A stretch of 64,000 bases of DNA from NCBI GenBank assembly GCA_003971905.1, contig RSEE01000058.1, positions 310,001 to 374,000 of the forward strand, given 5' to 3'. Each line of letters starts with the position of its first letter. Within the stretch, counting starts at the first letter, position 1. Shown here one piece after another: positions 10,506 to 23,812 of this stretch. Under the pieces are notes generated by a model, which searched no databases, was not told where the DNA came from, and worked only from the letters and a program-made list of their open reading frames with translations. The position numbers were made by a program, and so were the translations under genes. The DNA comes from Moniliella sp. 'wahieum'. Its lineage: Eukaryota.

Positions 10506-13500
10506 TCAGGGCGGCGGCGGAACAGGACGCGCACCCAGCGGCCCTGCACATTCGAATTCGCATCCGCATTCGCGTTCGCGTTCGCGCTGGCGCACATCAG
10601 GCTGAGGCTCCACCTCGCCCTCGCTGCCTGCCGCACGCAACGACGCCACCAGCTCCAGCGTCTGCCGTACCCCGCGCGGACGTAAGCAGGGCACGTCGAT
10701 TGCGCGCTCCACGTCCTCAGTGGGCGCAAGGAGACGGAAAGTGCCTCCGCGCGGCTGGACGCGGGCGGCGAGCTGGGTAGAAAGTGAGTTGTGAGGGGGG
10801 CGAGGAGGGAAGTGGCCAAGGCGCCGTGTGCCGCATGCGCGACACACTTCTACTCCAGCCTCTAAGCGCGCTACTGTCTGGTGCACCCGCGCATCCAGCA
10901 TCCCCAAGTCTTCCTCCACACTCTCGTCTTCGGGTGTACTGGCCGCTGCGGCACACAGTGCCCGACGCGCATCTTCTTCGTCCCGCACACACTCGCCCAC
11001 TGCCTGTCCGGCCAAGGCCAAGATGACACTTGCGCGTCCTTCGTTGGGCAGCGGCGCTAGCACCTCGGCCCCCCCCTCGCGCTCGGGCGGGCGAAAGATA
11101 CTGCCGCTGGCGGTGCGCAGGGAGCCGGTGCGCGCATGTTTCCTCTGTTGCGGCGGCGGCAGGGTCGGGGTCAAGGCTAAGCGGCCAAAGCCGAGGTTGG
11201 TGCTGGGTGTCAGCGACCGGGGGTCCCAAGGGCCCCAGCAGCGCCCTCACCACTTTATCCAGTGGCGCCTCCGTTTCGTCCCCCACGTTTGCGCGGGGTG
11301 GGATGACGCTGGGCATAGAGCTGGGCCCAGTCGGTCTCGGACTGGGCGTTCCACAGTTCTTCCTCGCCCAGATGGGCCAGATCGATCAGGCCCAACTCGT
11401 TGGGTGCCAACCATGGCGGGCCGGGAAGAGGATGGACTGCAGCACGTCGCACACCCATACCGCCCATAAGGTACGGCGTCGCTCCATACGACGTACCCAG
11501 CTCCTCCATCCGTTGTCTTCCTCTGGCTCGGGGACCAGCACCAGTTCCCGCACAGTCTGGGTCCAAATAACCATGTTAGCAAACCGATGCACACCAGATC
11601 CAATCAGCAAGGCTAGTTCAGCAGGTAGGGCATGGGACAAGAGAGTGACGTACAGTTACCGCGGCCGCATGCAACAGACGCGCATGGTTCTCACTAATCC
11701 GTTCGCCCGATAACAACGCGGCCAGTTGGCCCAAGACCAGGGCTTGAACACGCCTAACCAACCCATCCGGATCGCTTGCCATCTCCTTCTCCCGCTCCCT
11801 CCGCTTTCGCGCGGGGGAGGCAAATGCGGACTGAGTTGGACCAACGCGGAGCGTGGTGTGCGAGTAAGAAAGTGCGGGGTGCGGGGGGTACGCGGTGGAC
11901 CGAGGCGCGGAGAAGCACGAACGTTCGTCCCCATGCTCGAGTGGGTGTTGGTATTGGTGTTCATGTTGAGTCCCAATGCCGTTTCGTGGGGAGACCTGGG
12001 GCTGGAGGGCCAGAGAGGACGAGCTGACTCGCTACACGTTGAATCAAATGCGCTTTGAGTGCGGTCAAGCTATGTTGGGGCTTGAGTTTGTGAGAGGGGC
12101 CATAGGCGGTGCCCAAGAGCGCCATACCCCAGAGCAAGTCGCCATCGTTTTGTCCTGCAAACGGATGGCTCGTTGGTGGGGGTAGATTGAGACGGAGCCC
12201 CTTTCGCTGGGCAAAGGAGCGGGCGGTACCATTTCCGGTCCTTGGTCTGGCCTCGGAAGGAGCAGGGGCAGGGGCCGAGGTGAGAGCGAGGGCGAGGGCG
12301 AGGTAAGCTCCATAGGTTCGGTGGGATGGAACGTGGATAACAGGGTGGGAACATGGATAAAGGCAAAGAACGTGCAAACGTCTGAGCGAACAAGTACACT
12401 TGATCTACCCCCAGACTCAACGCGGCTCCCCAGTCTCTTCTGCCGCCTCGGCTAGGCATGGAGCGCGGATCCCGTGCCTTCCGAAAAGGTAGCGTCCAGC
12501 TCTGCTTGCAGTGCGGGGCCAGCGCAGCAGCAGCCATGTGGACATAGGATGCAAACCCAATTCGTCTCATCGTCGAGCGACTGGTCAAAGAGCCGAGCAA
12601 ATTCCACATCGCCTTCATGCAGGGCAGAGACAAGCCAGCCAAGCTGCCTGAACGAATCATACCCGACTCTTCCTCATCGAGGCGACAACGTCGTCGAAAG
12701 CAAAGCGGGCGAGCGCAGACCTGCATGTGGGTCCAGTCTCAGCCCAAGGCCCTGCGGCTCGGGCCCAGCGCGCATCGAGTTGAGCAGCGCAGCGTCCCGC
12801 GTCAAGTCTTCCCGCGAAGGAGGGAACGCATCCGGCAAAGGACCGGGCTCGGGATACGGCTCGTATCGCTGGGGGGGCTCGCTGGTCGCTGTCGTTTCGT
12901 ACCCCTCATACGGGTACCCGTACTCGTACCGCCACCGCTCTGGCCCTCTTTCGGGCGAAGGGCTCTCCTCAGGGCTGGACAACGAGGGCGAGCGACCGCG
13001 TGGCTGGGGGGGCGGCAGAGGCGGAGGCAACGTACGGCTGTAAGGCGAAGGGGCCTTGGCCATTGGGTCAGCATCGTTGCTGCATCGGCACTGGGGCGTG
13101 CAGATAGGTGTGGCGGATGCGGTGGGGGATGGGCCAGAGGCGGCGGGAGTGGCGGAGAAGGCGTGCGCGGGGCATAGACTGCATGGGGCAGCGACGGCAT
13201 GTGCGGTGGTGGCGGCGGCGGCGGTGGCATCATGTAGGGATGGGGCAGGGCACTGGGCGGTCCATAGGGTGACGAAGACGGAGGCAGGAAGCGGTAGGGC
13301 GGGGGCGCCGGGAAGGCGTGGGGGAGCGGCGGGGGCGGCGCTTGAACGGGGGTAGTGGCTGGCGACGAGCGTTCGGGCGGCACGGGCCGGGTGCTGGAGG
13401 CGGTGGTGGCGTGGTGGTGGCGGCGATGGAGTTGTGGAGGGCGGTGTGGAGGTGGAGCTTCATGTGCGCTGGAGACTGTCGGTGCGGGTGGACTTGAAGT

Positions 13501-13774
13501 GGCAGTAGGAGCACGCGAACGGCTTCTCGCCCGTGTGGGAGCGCATGTGGCGGCTGAGCCCGTTCTTGCGCTGGAAGCACTGGCTGCAGATGGCGCAGAT
13601 GAAGCGCCCGGGCTGGCTGCCGGCGCGGGCGCCGTCGACGTCTCCACGCGCGCTGGGGTGCTGCTGGGGCGCTGGCCGGGGGCTGCGGAGGGGCCGGACG
13701 GCGGCGGTGCTCCGATCCAGCCCCGTGCTGGGGGCGGCACCTGCGCTCGCCCCGTCCACTGCGGCGGCGCTCAT
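10506..13774 (-). CDS. C2H2 zinc-finger transcription factor with fungal TF middle-homology region; frameshifted
   Basis: Two C2H2 fingers with a TGEKPF linker (FICAICSQCFQRKNGLSRHMRSHTGEKPFACSYCHFKSTRTDSLQRH..) follow ATG 13774, then a Pro-rich linker. WRSWVRRMERRRTLWAVWVCD (11386-11640) matches the fungal TF MHR motif. The 3' end is uncertain. Confidence 0.75.
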
Positions 13775-15899
13775 GGGAGGGGATCGACGACGGGAGGGTG
13801 AGGGTGAGGCTGGGGATGGAGATGGTGAGGACGAAGCGGACAAGAGCGGAGGCAGTGCGGGTGCTGTCGAGAGTGCCTCAGCCACGCCGACTCGCATGCC
13901 CCACCTCCTCCTCCTCCTCCCGCCGATCGCAGCGCACCACTCGCCTCGTGCCGCCCCATGTGGCACCACTGCCCCGTGCCTCCAACCCCTCCCTGTGGCC
14001 CCGTGCCTTGCACCCACCAACCCTACAGTCTGGTTCCACAAACTGCCCCGTGCTCCCGTTCTCTCCCCCGCACCACGCCAGTCATGCTCGCTATCGCCCA
14101 TCGCGCTGTGCCCATCCCAGATCAAAATTAAAGGGAACACAGTGCCCCTCCTTCTGGACCGTGCCGTTCTGTGGTGTATAGATGGATTGTGCCTTCCCTT
14201 CGTACATTCCCTCCCCTATACCACACCCGCGACATTCTTCCTGTTTGGTGCCTTGTCCGCTCTCTCCCATGACTCCCATCTCGGCTCGCCCACGCGGGGA
14301 CCTCATCGTGTTGTTGGAAAAAGTATTGGCCCAGAGACTCACGCTATGCACACCTGCACTTCTTGGCATGGCGCTATTGGCGAGCGCTCAAACGGGCACA
14401 AACAGGAAGCCTCCACATAGGAGTAAGTTGCCCCCGAACGGGGCTGGCGACAAGAGGGCTGTGGGTCATTCGGCTCGAAAACCCCGCTGTATTTGCTTGT
14501 ACCATATCCCCATGATGGACGCCAGGTGTCTGTGGGTTGCCAGTAATAGGTGAGGCCCACTTGAGCCGCAACTGTCTCATGACGACCTATTCGATCCTTT
14601 CCCTTCCTTTCTGTCCTTATTCTCACCTTCTATCTCTGGCATTAGGAGTGCATGAAGGCGCACAAAAGGCACTACAGTCTTTTTGTGGTGTGTAACGCGC
14701 CCTTGATCATATCTCACTTCGCCGTCTATAACCTATGGTTCTCTCGACGGCGATGACACTCTCTAATTAGCTGGCGATCCCCCTCGCAACTCTTCGCTGG
14801 CACAAGAGGGAACAAGGGGTCTAATCACTCCACACTGTCCTTCATCAGGTATGCCTGCAGACTGTGTTTTGACGTCACGAACGATTGAAGAGAGGGTTTC
14901 TATATCTCATGTTTTTGGTATATAAACACAGAGCACCGTACTTTTCAAAACACGTACAATCGCGGGGCAGAGAGCGACGCGTATCGAGATCCTTGTCACG
15001 GTCGCACATCAATAAGTACGACGGTTCCGTAACATTCAATATGCAGTCAAAATCCTTCCCATCTCGGCCGAGAAGAGAGCTCTAGGTAGTGTTAGGTGTT
15101 GATAATGCATACCACTCGTGCGTAGGCTCCCCGCGTATCGAGGGTGTAAGATTACAGACCCTCCTGGAGTGGGAAAAAGACGTTTATACTAGGTTTTCAC
15201 AGATACCAAGATCATAACGATCAGAGAGGGGACATCCTATATACGTCACTAAGCTCATACGCATATATAGCACTGATACATGATAGCTCTTGCGGCCTTA
15301 CAACGGTGTTATGGATGTGTTTACCACAGTTATTAGGAGCAGTAGGTTACATATGATAGAGGCCATACCAACCAACTGTCTTCGTATGACATAGATTGAG
15401 CGATGTTGATCGACGGAGGATGGCTGATGATCGAGAAGAGAACATGCGCTTGTCCACACCACTACGTGATTTATATTCAAGTCTTCACCTGCCCATGCAA
15501 CACTTCGATCGATTGACGGACAATCGCATGTGGGGGCAGTATTCGGGCCGTAGGCACATTTGTTTGTTACTTCCAAGGCGGGAAAGTCAAAAGGGGAACC
15601 GCATGGGTACCTAGGTGTCTCTGACGGAGCAATATAGATAACAGAAGAAACAGTCAGAGGATATCCAAACCCAAGTGATCGATGAAAAAAGGACGACGAC
15701 GGCAACGGGCTCTCACAGCCTGTTTTGTGATTTAGCGCGCCACGCTCTCACTAATTAACCAATCTAGTCAAGTGTTCTTGTTTGACAGAGAGAGCAAAGC
15801 ACACGAAACCTCTCTATACGACTCTCCAAGCTCCTGGTAGTATAGAGGGGCGGATTTTGAGGGAAGACTCTGTGGGGTCCATCACAAAAAAAGTGTATC

Positions 15900-16010
15900 T
15901 CATGAAGCTCATGAAGCCCATGCATGAGGCCTGAGGCTCAGGTCAGGTCTGAGCATGATGCATGATGCATGACATGCATGACGCGAGACGCCATTACGCA
16001 TGACGCGCCA
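15900..16010. repeat. Mixed TGA-N4 heptamer cluster (TGCA, GGCC, CATG, CGCG cores)
   Basis: atgcatgaggcctgaggctca ... tgagcatgatgcatgatgcatgacatgcatgacgcg. Confidence 0.75.
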
Positions 16011-17513
16011 GAGCAGCTCGCACCGATCTCAAAGATGATCTCGCCTGAGGTTCAGGTCTGAGGCCTGAATATTGAATGTCCGAGCCTGAACGTCTAAACA
16101 GTCTGACGGTGTTGTGTGCGACAATGGACAGAAGCCGCGGTCGCAGGTTCCCAATCACGGCGGGGGTAGTGCACATGTCGATGAGAGGCGAAGCTGTGCG
16201 AAAAAGGTGATTTGTGCGTGATTGCGTGGTTATGATTTAAGCACTCAGGCTCAGCGTGCTAAGTAACAACTAGTAACTAGTAATGACGTCAGGGTCACCG
16301 GTCACCGTGACTTGTGCTCCAGCATTCCTCTTGGATATGGCGGATTCGATGATCTCTGTCGTCGCGTCGTTGTTGATTGTCCTTTCGCCTAGTTAGTTCT
16401 CGCTTTCACCTGGCTTAGTTGCCATTCCCGATGGCTAGTGTCCAATCATCTTAATCGCCAGCGATCACGCGCACGCGGCACGTACGGAGGATCCTCCTCC
16501 CCTTGCGATGCCCGCCCACGGTCGCTTCGAACGCCCGATCGGCATGCGTCTTGGGATGGTTTGTGGAGACGAGCTCTGTCACCTGTGTGACCTGCTGTGC
16601 TGGCTGTGACATGTGACACGGGGGATACCAGGCTGCCATTGCATCATACCCGATCATCGATCAGGGTACCCCCCGCAGTCTCCGTAGATTGCGGGGGGGG
16701 GGATGGGAGGTCTGTAGCACCTGGTAGCATCTGGTAAGGCAGGCCTTGGGCCTCAGCCGAGGCAAGCTGGAAGTGGCAACAGATAATTATCGATCACCGA
16801 TTAGCGTGCATCCTTGACGCATGACGCGTGACGAGTGATCTCGAAGTGATCGTGCCTCCTCGGTCTGAAGGCAGTTCTTCCTGGCTTGGCTGAGGGCCAA
16901 CGCTGAATTCAACCAACCGCACTCTTTCCGGGTGAGCAGATGACGTGGGCGATGGCCCCTGCGTTCATCGCCGCGCCGCCCAAGGCTCCGCAGTGACGTC
17001 GTTCGACGCTCAAACCAGGAGCTCTGTTCTATCGCTGCCCTTCATGCATTCCTCGCAACAGCTACAACAGAGAGGCCGCAAGCCAGATCCATGCGGCTGT
17101 ATCTCGTCTGCTGCTGAAGCAAACTCACGTGTTGACGACTGGTCTGGTCCCGTTGGGGGCAAGTGGCCATCCGATACATACCTGGGCCAGCACGCGTGCG
17201 CTCTCCTAGCTCTCGACCGCAAGCAGGCCGGCACAAAATGCTGTGAATCGCAGCCGAGGGATGCCTGAGAAGGTCTGAAGTCTGAGGTGATGCTGTCGGT
17301 GATCTCTGAGCGATGGCGTCGCAGCACAACGTGCTGCTGTAGGCCCAAGCGCGGTCCATGGACTCTGGGGTCTGGTGGCTTTTCGTCATCACACCACACT
17401 CGGTGCCGGCTGCGCACCATCCTGTGGCTGTGTCAAGTTCTAGATTGGTGCGCCCCAGCTCTCCCTTCTCCGCCTCCAACTCTCTCTCTTCTCTCTCCTC
17501 CTTCTCTACCACC

Positions 17514-17520
17514 TTATATA
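17514..17520 (+). promoter_or_regulatory. Putative TATA box of the hydrophilin gene
   Basis: TTATATA lies after a CT-rich tract, about 90 bp upstream of ATG 17606. Confidence 0.5.
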
Positions 17521-17605
17521 CTCCTCCATCCACCCCGACCCGCGCACGCAACATGGCCACCTTTGTCGACTTGATTGCCTTTGTTTTCATCCTGTTATCA
17601 TCGTC

Positions 17606-20467
17606 ATGGCCTCAAAGATCTCAAGTAACGGTACGTCTTCTCCTGAGTTTCGATGATTGTTCAGCTTCTCGCGAAACAAGATCGAACAAGATCCTAACCC
17701 TGGCTGGACTGTGCAGCAATCCAAGGTTCCCCCCGGCACCGAAGGAGCTGGCACCCACCACTTGGACCGAGGCGGCAGGCAACGCAGCCTCCTCTGTCGC
17801 TGGTACCGCATCAAATGTGGCCCAATCCGCTGCGCAGACTGTCGGCCTGACCAGCACCCAAGACCAAGCCACCGCGGCCGACACTGAGCCCGCTTCGAAG
17901 AGCAAGTCTGAGACGAAGGATGGGACCAGCCCCTCCTCTGGCTCAGAGGAGAAGAAAGACCGGCAGCAAAGGATCGGAACCGGGAGTGACTGTCGAACAG
18001 CGCGACGGATGCACCGTGATCAATGGTGTCAACCTCCAGAAGAACTTGGGACAAGGCAGTGGTCTTTCCGCTCCCTCGGGTCCAGCCCATAAGACCGATT
18101 CAGAGCCCAAGGAATCCACATCCCTTTCGGACAAGTCCCAGCACAGGCACCAACGTTTCGGGAAGTGGCACGGGTGCCACAGGCTCGACCGGCACAGAGG
18201 GAACTGCAGCCACGACGGCCACGACGGGGGCAGCCGGTGCCAAAGACCAGTTTGGCACGTCGGGTTTCTCCGAAAAGGATCTCAAGACGAGTACCAAGTC
18301 GGTTCCTCAGTACCCCAAGGGCGATCCCTCTCTCCAAACCTCGCCCGAAGAGAGCATTTCTGCCGCCCAAGGTCGAGCAAGGCCTCTGTCCCGCTCTCAT
18401 TCGACAACTGGGGTGAACGGTTCGGCCCTCGGTGCAGGTGCCGGATCGACTACCGGCGCAGCTACCGGTGCGGCGGCAGGCACAACCCATTCTTCTGGAA
18501 CCACCGCCGGTGCTACTTCGGGCGCTGGTGCGTACCCCAACGCCACGTCGGGCACCGGTGCCACCAGCAGTGGTGAACCCTCCGGGGCAGGCGCGGCGAG
18601 CATCACTGGTATTGCCACCGGTGCGGCAGCCCCCACGGCCGAGAAGGTGGCCCAGTCGGAACGTGAACGTGCCGCTGGCAACTCGGGTTCTCAGGGTGGC
18701 ATCCTTAGCGGCATCTCGAACAAGATTGCCAGTGTCACTGGCTACGGAACGTCCTCCACTGAGCCCACGTCGCAAGTTGGTTCGGGCGCGTACGACTCTA
18801 CCGCCGGGTCTACCGGTTCGACCGGAGACGCCGCTACAGGCGCGTTGGGTGGTGCGGCTGGTGGCGGGGCGTTGGGGTACGGTGCTGACAAGGCACTGCA
18901 CCATGGCGAGTCTACGGGTCTCGGCCAGAAGGCCGAAGGTTATGCCTCCGAGGGACAAGACAAGCTGTCCTCCTCGGCTCCCGGCCAGAAGGCTGAGGGA
19001 TACGTTTCTCAGGGCCAAGACAAGCTCCCTTCGAAGGATGCGCACCTGTCTGGGCTGAAGAACAACATTTCTTCGCAGCAGGGCGCGTACCCTTCCACCG
19101 GCTCGACGCTCCCGTCCACGTCGGAGGCGACGTCAACGGATCTCGAAGGTCGTGGGTTCACCGGCGCGTCAGCCCCGACCACCAGCACGGGGGCGACCGA
19201 GCAGCCCTCGGTGCTGGAGCAGGCCAAGGAAACAGCGTATGAACTCTACGAAAAGGCGACCGAGTTTGTTCAGGGGCATCCCTCTGAGGGCGCCGCCGTT
19301 GGGGTCGGCTCGGGTGTCGCAGCCGGTGCTGGTGCCGGGGCCGGGGTGGAGCACGGCGCGGACAAGGTTGCGTCACGGGAGATTCCTAGTTCGTCAGACA
19401 CCGCACGCACACCGCCACCTCGGTGGGAGAGGCAGACACGTCGGCTCAGCAACCTTCGTACCTTACCCAAGCCAAGGAGAAGGCGTATGACCTGTACGAA
19501 AAGGCCATTGGACAGAGCCCTTCGGATACCACCGACGCCGGCACCGCGGGTGCATCGGGCCCTCCGGCTCTGCTGCGACGGGAGCAGCAGCAGCGGGGCT
19601 TGCCGGTGGGAGCGTAGGCGCCGGCGCAGGCAACCTCTCCTCTGGCCAGACGGGCCACCACGCTGATCTTTCCTCGTCCAAGACAGGCGAGGCTGGGTCT
19701 TCTGCTACCCGTCTGCCACTAAGGGACTCGGGTCCGATCCCACAACGGCAGGGGCAAGTAGTGGTGACTGGTAGCAACCCGATCTCGGACGTGGCAGGTA
19801 GCCAGACGGCCGCGCCCCACGGGCCACCAGAGCTTTACCTGGCCGACAGTACCGCCAACAAGCCCACAGCGGGGACCGGGTCGGGCTTGGGTGCAGGTAC
19901 AGGTGTAGCTGCCGGTGCCGGTGCGGCGGGCTAGCTGGGTCCGGAGCTGCGGGAACTGCCTCGGGTGGAACCAGCAGCGGCAACGGGGTGGCATCCAACT
20001 TGGCCCACAGCAATCTCGCCTCGCAAGGGAAGAGCGAGGGTGAGAACGTCCTGTCCCAATCGAGCAACCCCAAGGATGCCCTGTCCACGGCGGAAAAGAC
20101 GGCTGGGGGGAAGAAGGAGGGGCTGACCAAGGATGCTACCAAGACTGCTTCCGATCTCAAGTCCGACCCGACCAAAGGCGTGCAAGAGGCCGGTAACTAC
20201 GCCCAGCAAGCTAAGAGCGAGTTGGGTGGAGCCGGCAGTGCCGGTGGTGCTACTGGGGCTGGCGGTGCTACTGGGGCTGGGGCTGGGGTTGCAGGTACGA
20301 CGGGAGCCGGCAACCACGGTGGCGAGTATCTCTCTGGACTTGGGCACGCGAAGGGCGGGGCTGAGCATGAGGCAAAGACGGCTGAGAGCGAGGGTGAATC
20401 AGGTGTCAAGAAGAGCCACAAGCTCAAGGACGAGCTCAAGCATATCAAGGACAAGATCCTCCACTAA
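17606..20467 (+). CDS. Large Gly/Ala/Ser/Thr-rich hydrophilic (LEA/hydrophilin-like) protein; one intron, frameshifted
   Basis: ATG 17606 and intron 17631-17716 (GTACGT..CCTAAC..GTGCAG). Long low-complexity ORFs 18023-19666 and 19988-20467 end in KKSHKLKDELKHIKDKILH*. Internal repeats: GQKAEGY.S.GQDKL x2 and QPS.L.QAKE.AY.LYEKA x2. Confidence 0.65.
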
Positions 20468-23400
20468 CTGGAGTGCCTCCATTGCTGTGAAGAACCATTT
20501 TCTCCTTGATGCACTCCGTGTCTGATTTCGAGTCTACATCCTGTCTACCATTTGTCTCCTGTCGTGTTAGTATACGCCAATATTGTTGATCTTTCTGCTC
20601 TATACTTGTCCTCTCGTTGGTCGTTCGAGGCATCCTAATAGTAGTCTACAGTGAGTATAACTAAGGGCTGAGTAAATGTATTAGCCCCAGCCTTCTAGAA
20701 CGCAACACAACCGTAAAGAAGCTACATAGTACATTCCCACTATGCATTCTAGGTTGGAGTGAGTGAGTCTGGCTCTCACAAAGTAAATCTCTTGCTCCCT
20801 ATAGACAACCCCATTTTACCTTGAGCACCAGATGCACTCCATCAACTGTGTTCCAATTTATATTTTTTTGCTCATTGTTTCTTCCGCGCCATGGCATTTC
20901 TCTCTCAACCAGCAATGGCAGAGCCAAAGAAGACTCAGCTATTACATTCCACCCCCAGCAGTAGAGTGCAGTTTCCATTCGCTTGGAGACAGGGATGGCG
21001 CGTACTACCAAGCACAACGTGTATTCCCTGATCCGAAAGGGGATGTCGGGGAGAGGGTGCCCTGTGCCCGGGGTTGTGGACGACGCAGTTTGTCTCCCTG
21101 TTTATAGTGCCTGTGTTAAATTTTGCTGTTTAGAAGTCTTCGTGAGGATCGCCCATCCATGGATCTCTATTGTACACCATCATGTGTTTGGTCCTCTCGG
21201 CCGGGGATTCTTCCAATGGGCATCATCTAAACCCTTAGTAGTGGCCGAACGGCATATATGGCTTCAAAAATGACAGCGACCAACCTTGGTCACGACCTTA
21301 TATACGCCTGGCGCTGACCAGGAAGAACCGACAGAACGAACAATGCGGACGAAGGGGCCATTAAAGGGTAATGTGGGTAAGGAAGGCCCCCCTGGATAGA
21401 GAAAGTCCCAAAGCGTGCGATGACTCTCGTGCATAGTAAGAGCACAGTGGAGAAACTGTATCCAGACACCTTGTCTGATAGCTCTTCCACTTCGTTGACA
21501 CATGTAGGGTAGTCTATCGATTAGGAGCAGGTTGAACGGTGAACGAACAAAAAGATTCAGAGCGAGAACTGAGTACTGGTCACTATTGACTGAGGGTCAC
21601 ATGGCTAACCGGCGCTAAGACAGATGTATAAGACGAGAGGACTAGTGCAACAGAGTGAAAGGGAGGATGGAGGTAGCACCACCCAAACCACAACAGTGTC
21701 GGCGAGGAAGCAAGCGACTGACAAATCACATCCCTTCTGCACTGTTCTATCCGCCTCTCCCTTTTGTTCTGCCTCTGACAGACTCCCTTTTGGAATGCTA
21801 CTACTCATCCCCTCTCCCTTCATACACTACCAGTTCAGATATACAAAAGCTCCCGCAAATGAGCACCAAACGTCGGTGGTCGGACACTGGGGGAAAACAG
21901 TTAGTATATCCTACCTTCAGAAGAGCAAACACCAGTGCATACACTGGCTGCTTACGCGGCCTACGGACCAAGATAAGGTCACAGGTGATGATCGGACCAT
22001 ATACCGACACGCGATCCTCTCCCCATGGCTTCATTTCCAGTTGCGTTTTGCCTCTGGATTCAGAGAGAAACGGTAGGTGGTGGAGGGAAAACGCATATAC
22101 TTTGCCTGGTTTGCCTCTCCGCGGGGTTCGGCACCTTAGCTTGCGCTCCTTTCTGGCATCTACATATTAACAGAATGTGAGAGAGAGAGCTAAGTGGTAA
22201 GTATGTAGGTGTGGAGCCCTTACAGGCCTATACGAGTACGCTCAGGCTCCGATTACATATAACAAAATGCCTGTGGGGAAGTGGATTGACCCTTATTCCC
22301 CGACGCGGCGAGTGACATGATGAAGGTGTCACATGGTTGCCAGTTGCGGCCCAAACCACAACACGTCGCCATGTCCCTGGCCGATTGCTGAGGAGATTGA
22401 ATGTTGATCTATGTTACTTGGTCTAAGATCTCTAAAGCTAAAGGGAGAGGTCCTCAGCCTGCGGCTATCGACTATTATCGTTTTGCTCAGGGGTCGGATC
22501 TTTGGGGCCTCGGCTTGGGGACTGAGGATTCAGGCGCTGAATAAGCACCCTGTTTCAATTGGGACCGGGGGCAACAGGTCCTGGAATCCACTTCTACACG
22601 TAGTATGACCCTGCTTGACCTACCGTGTCTGCGTCTACATGCTACTTCGCATAATACTTGCCATATGTCACACTACAGGTCACGTCATGCTAACCAGGCG
22701 TCCCTTTCTCGCCTTGTGAAAGCCATTTTGCCGAACGCGACGCACGATGAGCTGACCATTATGTAGGGAAGGTAGGGCCGACGAGAGAGGGGTGGGGGGG
22801 TGGCGGCGACAAAAGGTGTGCTACTATATCCACAGCACCGAACATGCTGTATGGGTGCCGGACTACCGAATCGCCACCGGCAGCAACTACAATAGTGGGA
22901 TAGTGCTAAATATCTCCACCAGAGAGAGGCACAGTTGTAGAGGGCTGAGGGCTGAGCGGTCTATGGATCCACCACGTGCAGTGCACTGGGTGGGTGGTGG
23001 GGGGGGGGGGGGGGGCACGAAATTGGGTGTGGCAAGACCATTGAGAAGACAAGTAAAAAGTACAGGTACAACGCTTCGGGCGTATGGATGTGCCGGGGGA
23101 CCAACAGGGAGATGGAATGGAGAGGTTTGGGCGGATGAGAGTGAGCTCCACGGCCCAGACGAGAATGGTGGGCGGGAACGTCGTGAGTGGCGTAGCGAGA
23201 TTCGAGATTGCAAACGAGGGCGGGCCAACGTGGATCCTGACGGCCTGATGATCGGGAGAGGTGGTGTAGCAGATCAAAAGAACAAAAGGGCGCGTAAGGG
23301 ATGGGGTATCCGTTCGGCCCTGGCCGGGCGATGAGACGAGGGGGATGAGGTCTTGAGCCAAATATTAATAAGCAGACTGCTGATGGGAAAGAAGGTGTTA

Positions 23401-23488
23401 GTAGAGGAAGAGAAGCAGTTGAACAACCATGAAAGAGGAGTTGACTGAAGCGTGGGAGGGCCAAGAGCGGGAAGACATACAAAGCGCA

Positions 23489-23593
23489 TCAATGCGTGTG
23501 ACGCATGTTCATCATTGCCTTGCAATAAGGACAGCGCTTGTGGCTCGTGTAGTCCACGAGCGCCTTGCAGGAGGGGCACTGGAACCATTTCAT
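23489..23593 (-). CDS. 34-aa zinc-ribbon (CxxC-x11-CxxC) microprotein MKWFQCPSCKALVDYTSHKRCPYCKAMMNMRHTH
   Basis: Translated manually; it is below the ORF-track cutoff. TATATAA at 23813-23819 (minus). 5'UTR intron 23611-23715 (GTGCGT..GCTGAC..CACAG). First ATG of the spliced message is at 23593 and TGA at 23489. 3'UTR intron 23380-23480 (GTATGT..TACTAAC..CAG). Confidence 0.7.
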   Translation of the reverse strand: MKWFQCPSCKALVDYTSHKRCPYCKAMMNMRHTH

Positions 23594-23812
23594 CCTCGGG
23601 GACTGAGGTGCTGTGGACGCAGGCGAGGGGCGCAAGGTCAGCTAGGTGCCGCCACCGGAGGAGGAGAGAGAAACAGGCCGGCGGAGAGGGGGATGAAGGA
23701 TCACAAAGGACGCACAGTAAGTGTTGGTGGCGGGAGGCGTGTAGTGCTTTTGGGTCGAGGCAGACGGGCAGAAGAGATGGAAGCTGTTTGGAGGCGTTGG
23801 CACGGGCAGGGG

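Noticed and set aside
18029..19045. Long antisense or alternative-frame ORFs here and elsewhere (e.g. 56088-57371, 8775-9530, 28660-29403)
   Set aside because: These are shadows of GC-rich coding or low-complexity DNA with no domain motifs.
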